This document shows positions 1 to 10,382 of a stretch of DNA of 64,000 nt, in pieces. Within the stretch, counting starts at the first letter, position 1; each line of letters begins with the position of its first letter. The translations under genes and the position numbers were made by a program. The notes under the pieces were generated by a model. It saw nothing but the letters and a program-made list of their open reading frames with translations, had not been told where the DNA came from and did not search any database. This DNA is from an uncultured bacterium (GTDB taxonomy: Bacteria > Patescibacteriota > Minisyncoccia > UBA6257 > 2-01-FULL-56-20): contig OY970126.1 in NCBI GenBank assembly GCA_963705915.1, positions 296,306 to 360,305 on the forward strand, written 5' to 3'.

Positions 1-820
1 AACGAGCCGGCACCTCGGCGACGATAAAGTTGCCGGCGTGGTCGACGGCGCGGACATAGATATTGCTTGATAAGCTTTGATCTTCAAGAAGATACGGCGA
101 TTGGGCTACGTGCCAGGTTGGATTTGAACCGAATACCCACCCCGTCGGCACTTCCATAACTTCATAATGATCAATACCGGTGCCCTTGTCGTTCGTGGAA
201 AAGACGAGGAAGTACTGGTCATTAAATAAATTTGGATCTTGTTCGATTTGCGGCGTGAAGGGTTCCGGCCCAACGAGGGAATGCTCCGGCTCAACAGGAA
301 TTGCGACCGTGGTCGAAGCGATAAAAACCGGCGTCGACGAAACGCTCGTCGGAATAGTCGTTCCCTGACCATCGTTTGCGAGCACGGTCGCCGCTGCAAC
401 GGAAACCATTCCCGTCCCGGAGGCAATCGGCTGAAGTTCAAGTGAAACAATAGGTCCGGACGAACCATTGAAACCACCGGGGATAATGCCAGCGAGATCG
501 ACTTCGTCCGAGGAACTTGCCGCGGGAGCGGTGATCCAAAAACTCACGATCGAATCGCCGTCGTCCACGAGCTGCAAGGCGAAGAGGTTCGGGGGGAATA
601 CGAGGGACGCTTGAATCGTATTCACATCGCTCCCTTGAGTGTCGAGCGATACGTCAAAACGAACCGGCTGCCCGATGAGCGTGCTTGTTGCGGATGGCGT
701 GATACGAATCACGGCGGCGTGTGCCGGACGACTGCTTATAACCATTCCGCATATCACCACAATTACCGTAAGGGTTGCGGCGGAAAAGGTTCTTACATTT
801 GGCGAGGAAAGATATTTCAT
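1..820 (-). CDS. Secreted cohesin-like domain protein (partial, runs off left edge)
   Basis: Not in the ORF track because it has no stop in the window. Manual translation from ATG 820 gives MKYLSSPNVRTFSAATLTVIVVICGMVISSRPAHAAVIRITPS...FDVSLDTQGSDVNTIQASLVFP...SIVSFW...LAGIIPGGFNG...SPYLLEDQSLSSNIYVRAVDHAGN. It has a signal peptide ending AHA and a cohesin-like beta domain. Confidence 0.75.
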   Translation of the reverse strand, partial: MKYLSSPNVRTFSAATLTVIVVICGMVISSRPAHAAVIRITPSATSTLIGQPVRFDVSLDTQGSDVNTIQASLVFPPNLFALQLVDDGDSIVSFWITAPAASSSDEVDLAGIIPGGFNGSSGPIVSLELQPIASGTGMVSVAAATVLANDGQGTTIPTSVSSTPVFIASTTVAIPVEPEHSLVGPEPFTPQIEQDPNLFNDQYFLVFSTNDKGTGIDHYEVMEVPTGWVFGSNPTWHVAQSPYLLEDQSLSSNIYVRAVDHAGNFIVAEVPAR

Positions 821-826
821 GCTTGA

Positions 827-2017
827 TTAGCCCGTCCAATAATAAGCCATGATACTAAAATCGCGGAGCGTAATCGTCGACGAGCCATCGAGTTCGTATG
901 CCGCCGGCGGGTTCGGTCGGCCATACCAATACGCAAGAATTGAAAAATCAACAAGATTAACTTTGCAGTCACCGTTCAAATCCGCCTTCACGTTGCAACC
1001 GCTCGTCGAGGTGGCTTCCGCGACATCAGCGTCTCCAACGGTGAAGCCTTTCGCAATGCTGTAATTTGATATCGATGCCCCGTTCACCGATTCTGATTTT
1101 GCCGTATGATCGCCGTAGTCCAAATCTGCCGTGTCCAAGTCGTAGACATAAGCGCCGGTCGAGGCGGACGTTGCATTTCCGAAAACCGGCTGAGCAGAAT
1201 CAACTTCAATCGACACGTTTGAATTCGGAAACGACTCTCCAAAGATCACGAGCGTATCCCCTTTTTTTACCTCACTCTTATCGACATCGATGGTCGGCGA
1301 AAGGAATATGCCGGTCACATTGGTTGTCTCACCTGCGCTCACGAATATGGGGAAGGTAAAAGGATTCGACTGTCGTCCCGATGCGTCGTCTGCATAAACA
1401 TAAAAAAGATAATTTCCGGCATCAAGGTTGGAAATGGAAACAAAGAACGAGCCGGTTGGATCGGCGACCGTTTTCGACACGATCTGCCCGTCTTGGAGGA
1501 TTGTCACTTCGCTTGAGGGGTAAGCGAATCCGCTTAAGTCAACGAGGGTTGGTGCCGGATTATATCCGCCACCACCTCCGCCTCCACCACCCCCGCCGCC
1601 ACCACCTCCTCCACCACCACCGCCGCTATTTTGCGAAGGCGTGGTAACACTTGCTTCATTGCTGTAAGCGGAATATACCCCATCTTCGAATGCGCGGACG
1701 CGATAAAAATAGGTGGTGTCGGGAGCGGCGCTGTTGTCCGTATAGGTCGCAACGCCCGTCGTCGTGGTTGCAATTTCCGCATAGGTCCCCGAGACGTCGG
1801 TTTTCCGCTCAACGCTAAAACCATCTTCCGTGCCGCCGGAATTATCGGTCCAGGTGAGCGTCACTTGCGTCGGCGCGTCAGGCACCGCCGTGAGGTTCGA
1901 CGGGGCGTTCGGGGCAACAACCACGATAAGCGAGGTTTGCACGTTCGCAGCAAAAACCACCTTGCCAGCAATAGATGCAAACACCAAAATGAGCGCCCAA
2001 AGAAAAAGCTTTTTCAT
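827..2017 (-). CDS. Secreted FN3 + poly-Gly linker + Ig-like + C-terminal dockerin-like protein
   Basis: Signal peptide MKKLFLWALIL; FN3 (APSNLTA...LTWTDNS...YFYRVRA); about 20 consecutive Gly; C-terminal ADLNGDCKVNLVDFSIL and ELDGSSTITLRDFSIM dockerin/EF-hand-like duplicate. Confidence 0.8.
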   Translation of the reverse strand: MKKLFLWALILVFASIAGKVVFAANVQTSLIVVVAPNAPSNLTAVPDAPTQVTLTWTDNSGGTEDGFSVERKTDVSGTYAEIATTTTGVATYTDNSAAPDTTYFYRVRAFEDGVYSAYSNEASVTTPSQNSGGGGGGGGGGGGGGGGGGGGYNPAPTLVDLSGFAYPSSEVTILQDGQIVSKTVADPTGSFFVSISNLDAGNYLFYVYADDASGRQSNPFTFPIFVSAGETTNVTGIFLSPTIDVDKSEVKKGDTLVIFGESFPNSNVSIEVDSAQPVFGNATSASTGAYVYDLDTADLDYGDHTAKSESVNGASISNYSIAKGFTVGDADVAEATSTSGCNVKADLNGDCKVNLVDFSILAYWYGRPNPPAAYELDGSSTITLRDFSIMAYYWTG

Positions 2018-2032
2018 GTAAAACAATGAATC

Positions 2033-2932
2033 TTATCGCGCTCCTCCCCTACGCAGTCGACGGATGATCGCGATAACAATACCGGCGAGTAGCACCGCGG
2101 CAATGAGCAACCAGACCCATTCCTTTTCAACGTACCGCTCGGTCTTTGATAGCCAATCAGATTTTAGAACGTTAAATACCGTTTTCTGACTCGCCACCAC
2201 CTGATGGTTTTTGTAAAATGTCACGACGCCCCAATATTGACCCACACCCATATAGAAATCGATCGGGAACGTGAGCTCATAATCTTGCACAGTGAACGGC
2301 GGCGTAGTCGGAAATCCGTCGTCTTTTTCAATATACGCAAGCCGCACCGAATCATACTGGTCATAGAGCTCAAAAACGGCGGAGTCGAACGATTCCGGAA
2401 CGTTGCCATCATTCTCAAACTTCACATCAACGAGTGGATCCTGACCTTCGTAAATATCGGGGAACGTAATTCGTTGGACCACATAATTTTCATATACGTT
2501 ATTGCCGACCGTGAGGTTTATGGCAACCTGCGCACCCAAAGCAATAGTCACCTGTCCAGCCGAACTCGGCGCGGTGTCAAATGAGATCGTTCCGTTATAA
2601 ACGCCGAGTGATGCATTTTGTGGAACCGTTATCGTAATAACCACGGGATATTGGTTGGTCCCCTCGGGTATCACAAAATTAAATCCGCGATCAATCGAGA
2701 CCCACGATTTTGCAGGAGCACCAAGCTGGAGATTGGCCTGAATCGGAAGATCCTGGTCGGGCTGATCCTGTACAAGGTAAATAGTTTGCGTGTACGTGGA
2801 TCCCGGCACTAAGTGGCCCGCATTTACAAATGGGGGCGAGACACCGAACGCCGCATGCGTCACCGGGATCGGAAGTAAAAAAAAGAATGCCACTCCCGCA
2901 ACCGCAATGACCATAAGAAAAGCCGGGCGCAT
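2033..2932 (-). CDS. Membrane-anchored surface protein, DUF916/DUF3324 (WxL-interacting)-like
   Basis: Signal peptide, GVSPP start, two Ig-like domains with FENDGNV motif, C-terminal TM followed by RRLRR. The family assignment is by motif resemblance only. Confidence 0.6.
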   Translation of the reverse strand: MRPAFLMVIAVAGVAFFFLLPIPVTHAAFGVSPPFVNAGHLVPGSTYTQTIYLVQDQPDQDLPIQANLQLGAPAKSWVSIDRGFNFVIPEGTNQYPVVITITVPQNASLGVYNGTISFDTAPSSAGQVTIALGAQVAINLTVGNNVYENYVVQRITFPDIYEGQDPLVDVKFENDGNVPESFDSAVFELYDQYDSVRLAYIEKDDGFPTTPPFTVQDYELTFPIDFYMGVGQYWGVVTFYKNHQVVASQKTVFNVLKSDWLSKTERYVEKEWVWLLIAAVLLAGIVIAIIRRLRRGGAR

Positions 2933-2985
2933 AGGGGTTAGAATACCTTCATTATATCACAAGGGAGCCCTGACCTCGTACCACT

Positions 2986-3927
2986 CTAAGAATGCCAAAG
3001 CGCCTGGAAAACATTCGTACCGGTATAGGTTCCTGTCGGTTGATTATTTGGCACTTGAGCACCCCAAAATGCGGCCTGGGCGACGCTTGTCGTGGTCGTC
3101 GGTGCCGTGAGCAAAAATCCCGTCACGGTGACGGCCGATCCGGAAAGCGGCGTACCGGATCCTGCATTAGTGTAGTTGAACGACGATGTGGCGAACGATT
3201 GATCGCTCGTTGGAATTACGTTTGCACCTGAGGTGAGCGTGGCGAACGCGTAAAGCTGCAGCGAGGTTGATGAGTTACCCGCATTTGTTGAAGTCGTCAC
3301 CTGATCCGTTGCTCCCGTGTTTGAGTTTGCAGCAAGCGTCCCGTAATTAATGGATGACGTCGTCACGTTGAGCGCGAGCAAGGTGTTTAAAGTTTCCTGC
3401 GGACTCGCGTCGCCGGTGCCAGTGGTATTATCAGGCGTTCGGAACATCACCGTAGCCGTCCAATGGTCGCTCGAGAAACTTGACGAAGCATCCGTCGCCT
3501 GGGCGAAGTAATAAACACCAAATGTTGTTGTGGTATTCTGGCTGCCGCTCGAACACGTGCTCGTGGCGGTAAAAGCGGTCGCGACATAACAATTCAAATT
3601 GTTCGGGGTCGTAAGACACGTTGACGATGTGACCCCGGCGCGATACAGCAAAACCGTTGTGGTTCCCCCAGTAATTTCACTGCAACCGTTTGAATCAGTA
3701 ATCGTTGCATTCACGCTCACACTTGTCGTGGCATTTGCGGTGAGCGTTATAGCACTCGAACCATTCAGGGTTACCGCCGAAACCTGAGGTGCGGCAGTAC
3801 CTACAATCACCTGGCTTGTGATGTTTGTGGATGTGGCACCAAGGATGACGTGGCTCACCACAAAAAGGCCCGTGAACATTGATGCCACGATAACCCAAAC
3901 GGCAACCTCAGCCTTGATACCTTTCAT
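2986..3927 (-). CDS. Secreted Thr/Ser-rich two-domain fibre/pilin-like subunit (small paralog)
   Basis: N-terminal hydrophobic signal; Cys pairs; C-terminal INYGTL...FWGAQVP...GTYTGTNVF strand resembling WxL/SCPU-type subunits. Confidence 0.7.
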   Translation of the reverse strand: MKGIKAEVAVWVIVASMFTGLFVVSHVILGATSTNITSQVIVGTAAPQVSAVTLNGSSAITLTANATTSVSVNATITDSNGCSEITGGTTTVLLYRAGVTSSTCLTTPNNLNCYVATAFTATSTCSSGSQNTTTTFGVYYFAQATDASSSFSSDHWTATVMFRTPDNTTGTGDASPQETLNTLLALNVTTSSINYGTLAANSNTGATDQVTTSTNAGNSSTSLQLYAFATLTSGANVIPTSDQSFATSSFNYTNAGSGTPLSGSAVTVTGFLLTAPTTTTSVAQAAFWGAQVPNNQPTGTYTGTNVFQALWHS

Positions 3928-3973
3928 TTATATAAGTTTAACAAGTTAGCTATGACTGATATGTGGATAACTA

Positions 3974-6900
3974 TCACTGGCCCGTGAAGGTCACCGTACC
4001 GCTATACGTTCCACTCACGCTACTCGACGGGATGCCGAGGCCCCAATAGATCGTGCTCGAAACGAGCGAGGTCGACGTGGGTGCGGAAAGTGAAAACCCG
4101 GATACCGTCGTCGGACTGCTATTGAGAATCTGTTCACTGCCTCCAAATGTGAACGTTGACGTCGCATAATGCTGTGAACTTGTGGCGATACTGTTTGCGC
4201 CGGACGTGAGCGCCGTGCCAGACAACTGCAGTCCAATCGCGGAATTGCCGAAATTCTCGACGAAGGCTGTTTGATTGGTGGATCCGGTGTTTGTGTTTGG
4301 ACTCAGAGTGCCGTAATTAATCGACGCGCCGCCGCTTGCTCCTTCGAACGTGGCTATACCAGGATCGTTATTGTTCCCGCTTCCCACAAGTGTGCCCGTA
4401 CTCGATGCGTTGACCTGGATCGTTGAGACGATCTGCTGCATGAAGATTTGCTCGTCATCGTTATATACATCAGACGAGGTGGCTTCTGCAATCCAATTTC
4501 CCGTCGGCGTAAGATTGAGCGTATTCGGCGCCGCCGCAAAATCGCCGCCGATCATGAGTTCATTCGCCTGTGTTGTTGTTATTGCAGGGCTTGCCCACGG
4601 CGTGCCTTGCCTACAACAAGAACCCGTAGATGTTGCTTGGTCCAGGGGATTGGTCGTCGTAATCCCGGTATAGTGGGCGGCAATCATGGAAAAATCGGCT
4701 GCTAGGTCATCGCCGGGGATGGTCGAGGATACCGTCGTGACACCCGCAGCCACATTATACGCATACCAAAGGCTATAGCTCCAATGGTTACCGAAATTGA
4801 GTTGCTGATAGGCAAGATGATAGGTGTCCCCCTTATTGTCGGTCGGTGTACCGGGACTCGTATCGCCGTCGACGCCGGAATATACCTGGACGAGAACAAG
4901 CTCCCCTGCATTCGTAGAAGTCGCAAAGGTCACTGTGGAGCTCGTACATCCTGCCGAAGTAGTCCCGCATCTCTCAATCTCCACAAGTGACGGAGTCTGT
5001 GGACCCGTCGATGAAGCTGTGACGCCCAAAGCACTCAAGGTGAGCAACTCCTGGCCTGTCGAGTCTTGCGTGGCGGTTGCGTTGCTCGAATCGGTAAAAT
5101 CAACCGTGCTCATCCAATCTTGCCCCGCATACGTTCCTGAATCGGTCGGGTCGGCAAAATAATAGACGCCGAATGTGGTCGTTGCATTCACCGTATTCCC
5201 GGAACAGGTACTCGATGCGGTGAACGCCGTTGCTACGTAGCAATCTTCATTATTAGGACTCGAACTACATGTGGACGAGCCAACGCCTGAGCGATAAAGC
5301 ATGACCGTGGTTGTTCCACTGGTGATCGCGGTGCAACCATTCGTGTCAGTGATCGTCGTGCCAACACTCACGCTCGTCGTCACGTCCGGCGTGAGAACAA
5401 TGCTCGACCCCCCGTTCACGGTTGTGTTCACAACGGCAAGCGGCGGCGAGGACGATGGCCGCCAGCTTGTGGTTACGTCGCAAACACTGCAGCCAAAATT
5501 GAGATTGCCCGCGACCGTGCCCGACGCGATGCCCGAAAAAACTCCGGTACTGCTACTGATCGTGACGCCGCTAAAATTAATCCAGCCAACATTTTGGCCC
5601 CAAGCATAGCCCTGAAGGTCGCCGAGGCCGTCGTTTGTAACGCCGCTTCCGGAAGGTGCCAAGTTAATCCAGCCAAAATTCTGGCTCCAAGCGTAGCCGG
5701 TCAGCTTGCTGCTATTCACGACCATAGGCGCATCGGCGGTGTTGAAATTTGTCCATGACATTTTATCGCCCCAGGCGAAACCGGGAGCAAGAGTGGAAGA
5801 AGGCGTATAAGCAATGACTATGACGCCCTGGCCGCCACTGCCCCCATTGCCGTCATTCGAAGCTGACCCTCCTGCTCCTGCTCCGCCACCGCCATAGAGT
5901 CCGCCGCTTCCACCATTGGCGCCAGTAGCCGTCGTGACTTCTCCAGCGCTGCCACCACCGCCGCCTGAACCATGAATAGCGTCCCATTCGGTCCCTGCGC
6001 CGCCGTTGCCTCCGACGTTATCGGCAACAACTGCGTTTCCTCCGTTCGCGCCGCCGCCGCCACCGCCGTTTGAACCTGCGCTCCCAGGTGCGCCGTGGAG
6101 CCCACCTGTTCCCGATCCACCAGGGCCGGAATTGCCGCCGTCTCCTCCGGTTCCAGCAGTAGCCCTCCCTCCGTTCGCTCCATTATCAGCTCCTCCGCCG
6201 CCACCGCTAGCTTTATTACCTACAACGTTGCCGTCGTCACCTCCATTGCCTCCATTACCAAATTTCCCTGCCGCCCCGCCACCAGCACCACCTCCTGCAC
6301 CGTTCTGATTAGATGAACCATTCCCACCGGATCCTCCGGCAAAGCAAGTCGCACCAATGCTCGTTGATGAAGCCCCTCCACCCCCTCCAGTTCCGCTGCT
6401 AGCGTTACCGCCGCTTCCCCCGTTCGCCCCGACAGAAGAAGATGCAAGCGTAAGACCGTTAAACCAGGTTCCGCCACCATTCCCTCCTGCCTCTGCTGTC
6501 CCAGTAGCGCCGGCACCGGCGGCCCCAACACGAATATCGATAATTTCCCCCGGGGTCAGCGCGAGATTGGATATTTTACAATAGGCGCCGCCGCCGCCGC
6601 CATCTCCGGAGTCACCGCCGTCATTTATCCGATCTCCGCCACCTCCGCCGCCGATGACTTCGATCGTGTTGCTCGCAGAGTTCCAATCAGAAGGAACCGT
6701 CCATGTGGTCAAGGCCGTGTTTGTAATAAAGATTGGACCGGTTGTATCTCTGAATGTTGCGATGCCGGGAAAGTTGAGCGTGCCGCTGGCCGCCGACCCC
6801 GTACTCGAAACATTATTCTGAATAGATGAGACGATCTGATCTTCGTATGCCATCCCGTTGTTTTCAGCACTGTCCGTTGAAGTCGCTTCCAACGTCCAGT

Positions 6901-8065
6901 TTCCCGTTGCAGAAAGCGAACAGGCACCGGCGGTATTTATATAACACCAATCCTGGCCCACTATAACTTCGTTGGCATAGTTGGTCGTCACGGCACCGCT
7001 CGCCCAAGGTCTAGTTTGGGCTCCGGTTGCCAGCGTTGAAGTTGAAACATCGAGCCATGCTGACGTTGCCATGCCTGTATAATGCGCAGCAATCAACGAC
7101 GCTTTAGTTCCACTATCCCCCGTCCCTGGCGTCGAAGACACCGTGGTTACGCCTGCAGGAACATCCGCCGCGTACCACAACGAGTAGTCGTATTGAGATT
7201 CTATATTCGGAACATCGTAGACTTCGGTATAAATATCGCCCTTGTTGTCAGTGGGCGTACCGATTACAGTGCCACCGCCCCCTGTATAGGCCTCGAGGAC
7301 GATGAGCTCTCCGGCAGTTGTAGGGGCACCAAAGGTAATACTCGTGGTGCTATTTCCGGCTTCAGTCTCCACGAGTGTCGGCGCCCCGGTTGCGGCAGTC
7401 GTGTAGGTGGCATAAATAGTCGGAGCCTCCGCATAAAGACCCCCCCCACTTGGAGCAGTACTCGGAAAAGACGACGCCGTTCCTTGACAAGCGCCGTTCG
7501 CAGAACCACCACAATAAAAACTATTCGCTGGACTGCTGTTATTGTATTCATAATCCATCTGTCGGCCGTTGATGCTCCCACCGCTCGCCTCCGCAACCGC
7601 GAACCAATATTGTGTGCCCGAAGTAATGCTCGCGGTTAGATATGTAGTCACGTTTCCGTAGGTCGCGGGGAGCGGGCTGCCGTTCACGTTTGATGCTATG
7701 AGTGTGCCTGGCTGGCCACTGTTGTCAGTGTATAATGCCACGCCCATAACGTTGCCCGTTGCACCCAAATCGTCTTGTACGTTTTCAAAGGTGACTGAGG
7801 TGAGTGTTCCGTTATCACTTGGCACAGACTGTGCCTTGAAATACATGACGTATGAATTGCCGTCAACACCGGTTGTATTAGGCGTCTGATTGCCAAAACG
7901 CATGGCCTGTTGCGAGGCATACGTTGAAAGCGGCGAGAGAAAAAGACCAAATCCAAGGAGCCCAAAAAATAGTGCGGTAGTTTTTGAAGACATAACGATC
8001 CGTACTTTAATAATACCAGAGAAACGAGCCTTACTTGCTCTTCCCTTTCGGAACCGAAAGCTCAT
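3974..8065 (-). CDS. Large secreted adhesin-like protein (1363 aa) with duplicated domain, Gly-rich region and C-terminal fibre-subunit domains
   Basis: Long ORF; signal-like segment after MSSK (true start may be near 7993); Gly-rich repeat; GYAWSQNFGWI/GYAWGQNVGWI repeats; C-terminus paralogous to 2986-3927. Confidence 0.8.
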   Translation of the reverse strand: MSFRFRKGRASKARFSGIIKVRIVMSSKTTALFFGLLGFGLFLSPLSTYASQQAMRFGNQTPNTTGVDGNSYVMYFKAQSVPSDNGTLTSVTFENVQDDLGATGNVMGVALYTDNSGQPGTLIASNVNGSPLPATYGNVTTYLTASITSGTQYWFAVAEASGGSINGRQMDYEYNNSSPANSFYCGGSANGACQGTASSFPSTAPSGGGLYAEAPTIYATYTTAATGAPTLVETEAGNSTTSITFGAPTTAGELIVLEAYTGGGGTVIGTPTDNKGDIYTEVYDVPNIESQYDYSLWYAADVPAGVTTVSSTPGTGDSGTKASLIAAHYTGMATSAWLDVSTSTLATGAQTRPWASGAVTTNYANEVIVGQDWCYINTAGACSLSATGNWTLEATSTDSAENNGMAYEDQIVSSIQNNVSSTGSAASGTLNFPGIATFRDTTGPIFITNTALTTWTVPSDWNSASNTIEVIGGGGGGDRINDGGDSGDGGGGGAYCKISNLALTPGEIIDIRVGAAGAGATGTAEAGGNGGGTWFNGLTLASSSVGANGGSGGNASSGTGGGGGASSTSIGATCFAGGSGGNGSSNQNGAGGGAGGGAAGKFGNGGNGGDDGNVVGNKASGGGGGADNGANGGRATAGTGGDGGNSGPGGSGTGGLHGAPGSAGSNGGGGGGANGGNAVVADNVGGNGGAGTEWDAIHGSGGGGGSAGEVTTATGANGGSGGLYGGGGAGAGGSASNDGNGGSGGQGVIVIAYTPSSTLAPGFAWGDKMSWTNFNTADAPMVVNSSKLTGYAWSQNFGWINLAPSGSGVTNDGLGDLQGYAWGQNVGWINFSGVTISSSTGVFSGIASGTVAGNLNFGCSVCDVTTSWRPSSSPPLAVVNTTVNGGSSIVLTPDVTTSVSVGTTITDTNGCTAITSGTTTVMLYRSGVGSSTCSSSPNNEDCYVATAFTASSTCSGNTVNATTTFGVYYFADPTDSGTYAGQDWMSTVDFTDSSNATATQDSTGQELLTLSALGVTASSTGPQTPSLVEIERCGTTSAGCTSSTVTFATSTNAGELVLVQVYSGVDGDTSPGTPTDNKGDTYHLAYQQLNFGNHWSYSLWYAYNVAAGVTTVSSTIPGDDLAADFSMIAAHYTGITTTNPLDQATSTGSCCRQGTPWASPAITTTQANELMIGGDFAAAPNTLNLTPTGNWIAEATSSDVYNDDEQIFMQQIVSTIQVNASSTGTLVGSGNNNDPGIATFEGASGGASINYGTLSPNTNTGSTNQTAFVENFGNSAIGLQLSGTALTSGANSIATSSQHYATSTFTFGGSEQILNSSPTTVSGFSLSAPTSTSLVSSTIYWGLGIPSSSVSGTYSGTVTFTGQ

Positions 8066-10379
8066 TTTGGCTCGCGGGCGCGGAAGACGTTGCGTTCGAT
8101 GGGATTGGTTCCCCTGCCTGCAAGTTCGCGATCGCGGTCTCTATCTGCTGATTCCCAGGATTGAGCTGGAGTGCAAGATCGAATTGCTGAAGCGCTTGAG
8201 CATCAAGCCCTTGAGCCGCATCAACCACACCGAGATAATAGTGGGCATTCGCATAATCGGGCTCAAGAATCGCCGCCACCTGGAACTCCTGTTCAGCCTG
8301 TGCAATTTGGTTGCTTTGATAATCAAGGTAACCAAGCTCAAAAGCCACGCCCGGGTCGAGCGGGTTTTGCTGTTCGAGTTCTTGTACCCGTGAGATTGCC
8401 TGAGCGGTATTTCCCTCTTTTATATATAAATTAATGAGCGCGATGCGGGCATCGGTATAATCGTCTTTGAGCGACAGCGCTTTTTCAAAAAGCGCTTCTG
8501 CCTGGCTCCAGTCGGCGGTTTGGGAGGCGTTACTCAGGGAACCCGCGCTACCCGGTGCGAGACCGGCGGACTCCACAAAGACGCGGCCCATCGCGAGATC
8601 CCACTGAGGGTTCTGTGGATCCAAAGCTGCTGCCTGCCCGTAACTGTTTTCAGCAAGCGTGTCGGCTCCACCGACGAGCGGCATAATACTTTCATATACG
8701 GAGCCAAGATTTCCCCAATTCGCCGCGTCGCGGCCATTAAGCTGAGTGGCTCCTTGCGCGGCCTGCACGGCATTTGCGAGTACCGACGGCAATTCGGCGG
8801 TGCCCGTGGCAGCGTTTTCCGCTATGAGTTGTTGTGCTTCCTGGATTAAAAGTTGTGATGCGCCGCGAAGATACACGTCTGTACGATCAAGCGCAAGTGC
8901 CTGATTCATATCGGCAAAGGCCTGGCTCAGGTTGCCCGACGCTTCTTCGTCGCTCACGCGGCCAAAAAAGATGGCAGCCCCATACCGCTCACCGCCGGCA
9001 TACATCGTGGCGAGCGTCCCTGCGGCAATGATCATGAGTATGATCAATATGAAGAACGAGAAGCTGCGGGGCGCTCCATCAAACGAAATATTCTCCTCGG
9101 GAGCATCAACGAGGAATGCACCGATGAATAGAAAGAAAAGAATACCTTCGGCGAAAAACAGCGGATACAAGAAAAGCGCCAATCCGAGGAACGCCGCCGC
9201 AGAGAGCAGCATCGCGCGATCCGGCGAAAACGATTGGATATCGAGCAACCACCATCCAACAAGACTCAGCAATCCGAGGAACAGGAGCCAGGCAACCAGC
9301 CCCCCCGTGGCGAGCAACGTGAGCACGAAATCGTATCCCTGCATTGGCGTTGTATTCCATAAGCTTGTTTCATTCACACTGACCGGCTTCCATAATGCAA
9401 AATCGAGATAGAATGTCGACGGCCCCGTGCCAACAAGCGATCGCCAACCAAGAAGCGACGGACCGACAGCGTCAAACGTTGCACCGATACTCGGACGGAC
9501 ATCCGGCGGCGCTTGATGAAGCCACGGCAAGCGCGGACCGACGAGCGACAAGAATAACGCCACAACGACAATGATAAATGCATATCGAAATCCCTGGCTC
9601 GTATCCGACGCCGACCGCAGCGCCGCGAGAATAATCGTGAAGAGCGCTACCGCGAGCCATAATAATTGATAATTGATGAGGAGGAGGCCGAGTGCTGCGG
9701 CGCAGGCTATCACCACAAAACTCCATCGCTCAAAACGGGAAAAGGGCTTAGTGCCAGCAACGCCAAGCGCAGCGAGTACGGCAACGAGCAATATCCCCCA
9801 TGCGGCAATCGAGCCGATGGGATTCTGTAACACAGATGATCCGGCTCCAAAAAGCTGCACAAGTCCGATGATTGAAGCGACGAGCAATCCAACACCTGCA
9901 CACAACCCAACGGTCTTCATATCGCGCGGGCGCAAAAAATAATACGTGAGATAACAAATCACGGCGCAGATGATAAGCGCGAGTACTGAATCAGGTTGAT
10001 CAAGCGACCCATAAAAACTTTGTGCGGGAGCGACCGAAGTCCACGCGCTCACAATCTCCGCAAGAATGAAGAGTCCGAGCGTTGGGAAAAACCATGACCG
10101 TGGATATGATAGTGTGCGCTCCTCAAAAACCGCGCCAAGAAAACAAACAAAGGCGGCAGCGGCGAGAAAACCGATCACCATGATCTTGTTAATCCCCACC
10201 GGATCAACCGTTAACGGTAAATAGAAAACGGGCACAAGCAGCGCAATTGCAAAAATGCAAAAACGTCCGATCGATCGAAATGCACGCGCCCGCTCACGGG
10301 GTCGCGGTATATCGCTCGGCGCTGGCGGCGGACCTTCGTAATAGGTTTCCTCGATGATAACGGTTTCTGAAGTGCGCAT
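8031..10379 (-). CDS. O-antigen ligase (Wzy_C)-like polytopic membrane protein with C-terminal TPRs
   Basis: About 12 TM segments, LVGTGPSTF loop motif, TPR repeats (ANAHYYLGVV, AFELGYLDY). Confidence 0.75.
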   Translation of the reverse strand: MRTSETVIIEETYYEGPPPAPSDIPRPRERARAFRSIGRFCIFAIALLVPVFYLPLTVDPVGINKIMVIGFLAAAAFVCFLGAVFEERTLSYPRSWFFPTLGLFILAEIVSAWTSVAPAQSFYGSLDQPDSVLALIICAVICYLTYYFLRPRDMKTVGLCAGVGLLVASIIGLVQLFGAGSSVLQNPIGSIAAWGILLVAVLAALGVAGTKPFSRFERWSFVVIACAAALGLLLINYQLLWLAVALFTIILAALRSASDTSQGFRYAFIIVVVALFLSLVGPRLPWLHQAPPDVRPSIGATFDAVGPSLLGWRSLVGTGPSTFYLDFALWKPVSVNETSLWNTTPMQGYDFVLTLLATGGLVAWLLFLGLLSLVGWWLLDIQSFSPDRAMLLSAAAFLGLALFLYPLFFAEGILFFLFIGAFLVDAPEENISFDGAPRSFSFFILIILMIIAAGTLATMYAGGERYGAAIFFGRVSDEEASGNLSQAFADMNQALALDRTDVYLRGASQLLIQEAQQLIAENAATGTAELPSVLANAVQAAQGATQLNGRDAANWGNLGSVYESIMPLVGGADTLAENSYGQAAALDPQNPQWDLAMGRVFVESAGLAPGSAGSLSNASQTADWSQAEALFEKALSLKDDYTDARIALINLYIKEGNTAQAISRVQELEQQNPLDPGVAFELGYLDYQSNQIAQAEQEFQVAAILEPDYANAHYYLGVVDAAQGLDAQALQQFDLALQLNPGNQQIETAIANLQAGEPIPSNATSSAPASQNELSVPKGKSK

Positions 10380-10382
10380 GCC

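Noticed and set aside
1565-1624. GGN trinucleotide run
   Set aside because: Mixed codons encoding a poly-Gly linker; not a pure microsatellite or array.
3962-3970. Perfect DnaA box TGTGGATAA; near-matches at about 14208, 21186 and 29316
   Set aside because: These are isolated single boxes with no cluster, DUE or dnaA gene, so this is not oriC.
5820-6660. GC-rich low-complexity repeats and Pro-rich opposite-strand ORFs
   Set aside because: These are the shadow of the Gly-rich domain of the 1363-aa protein.
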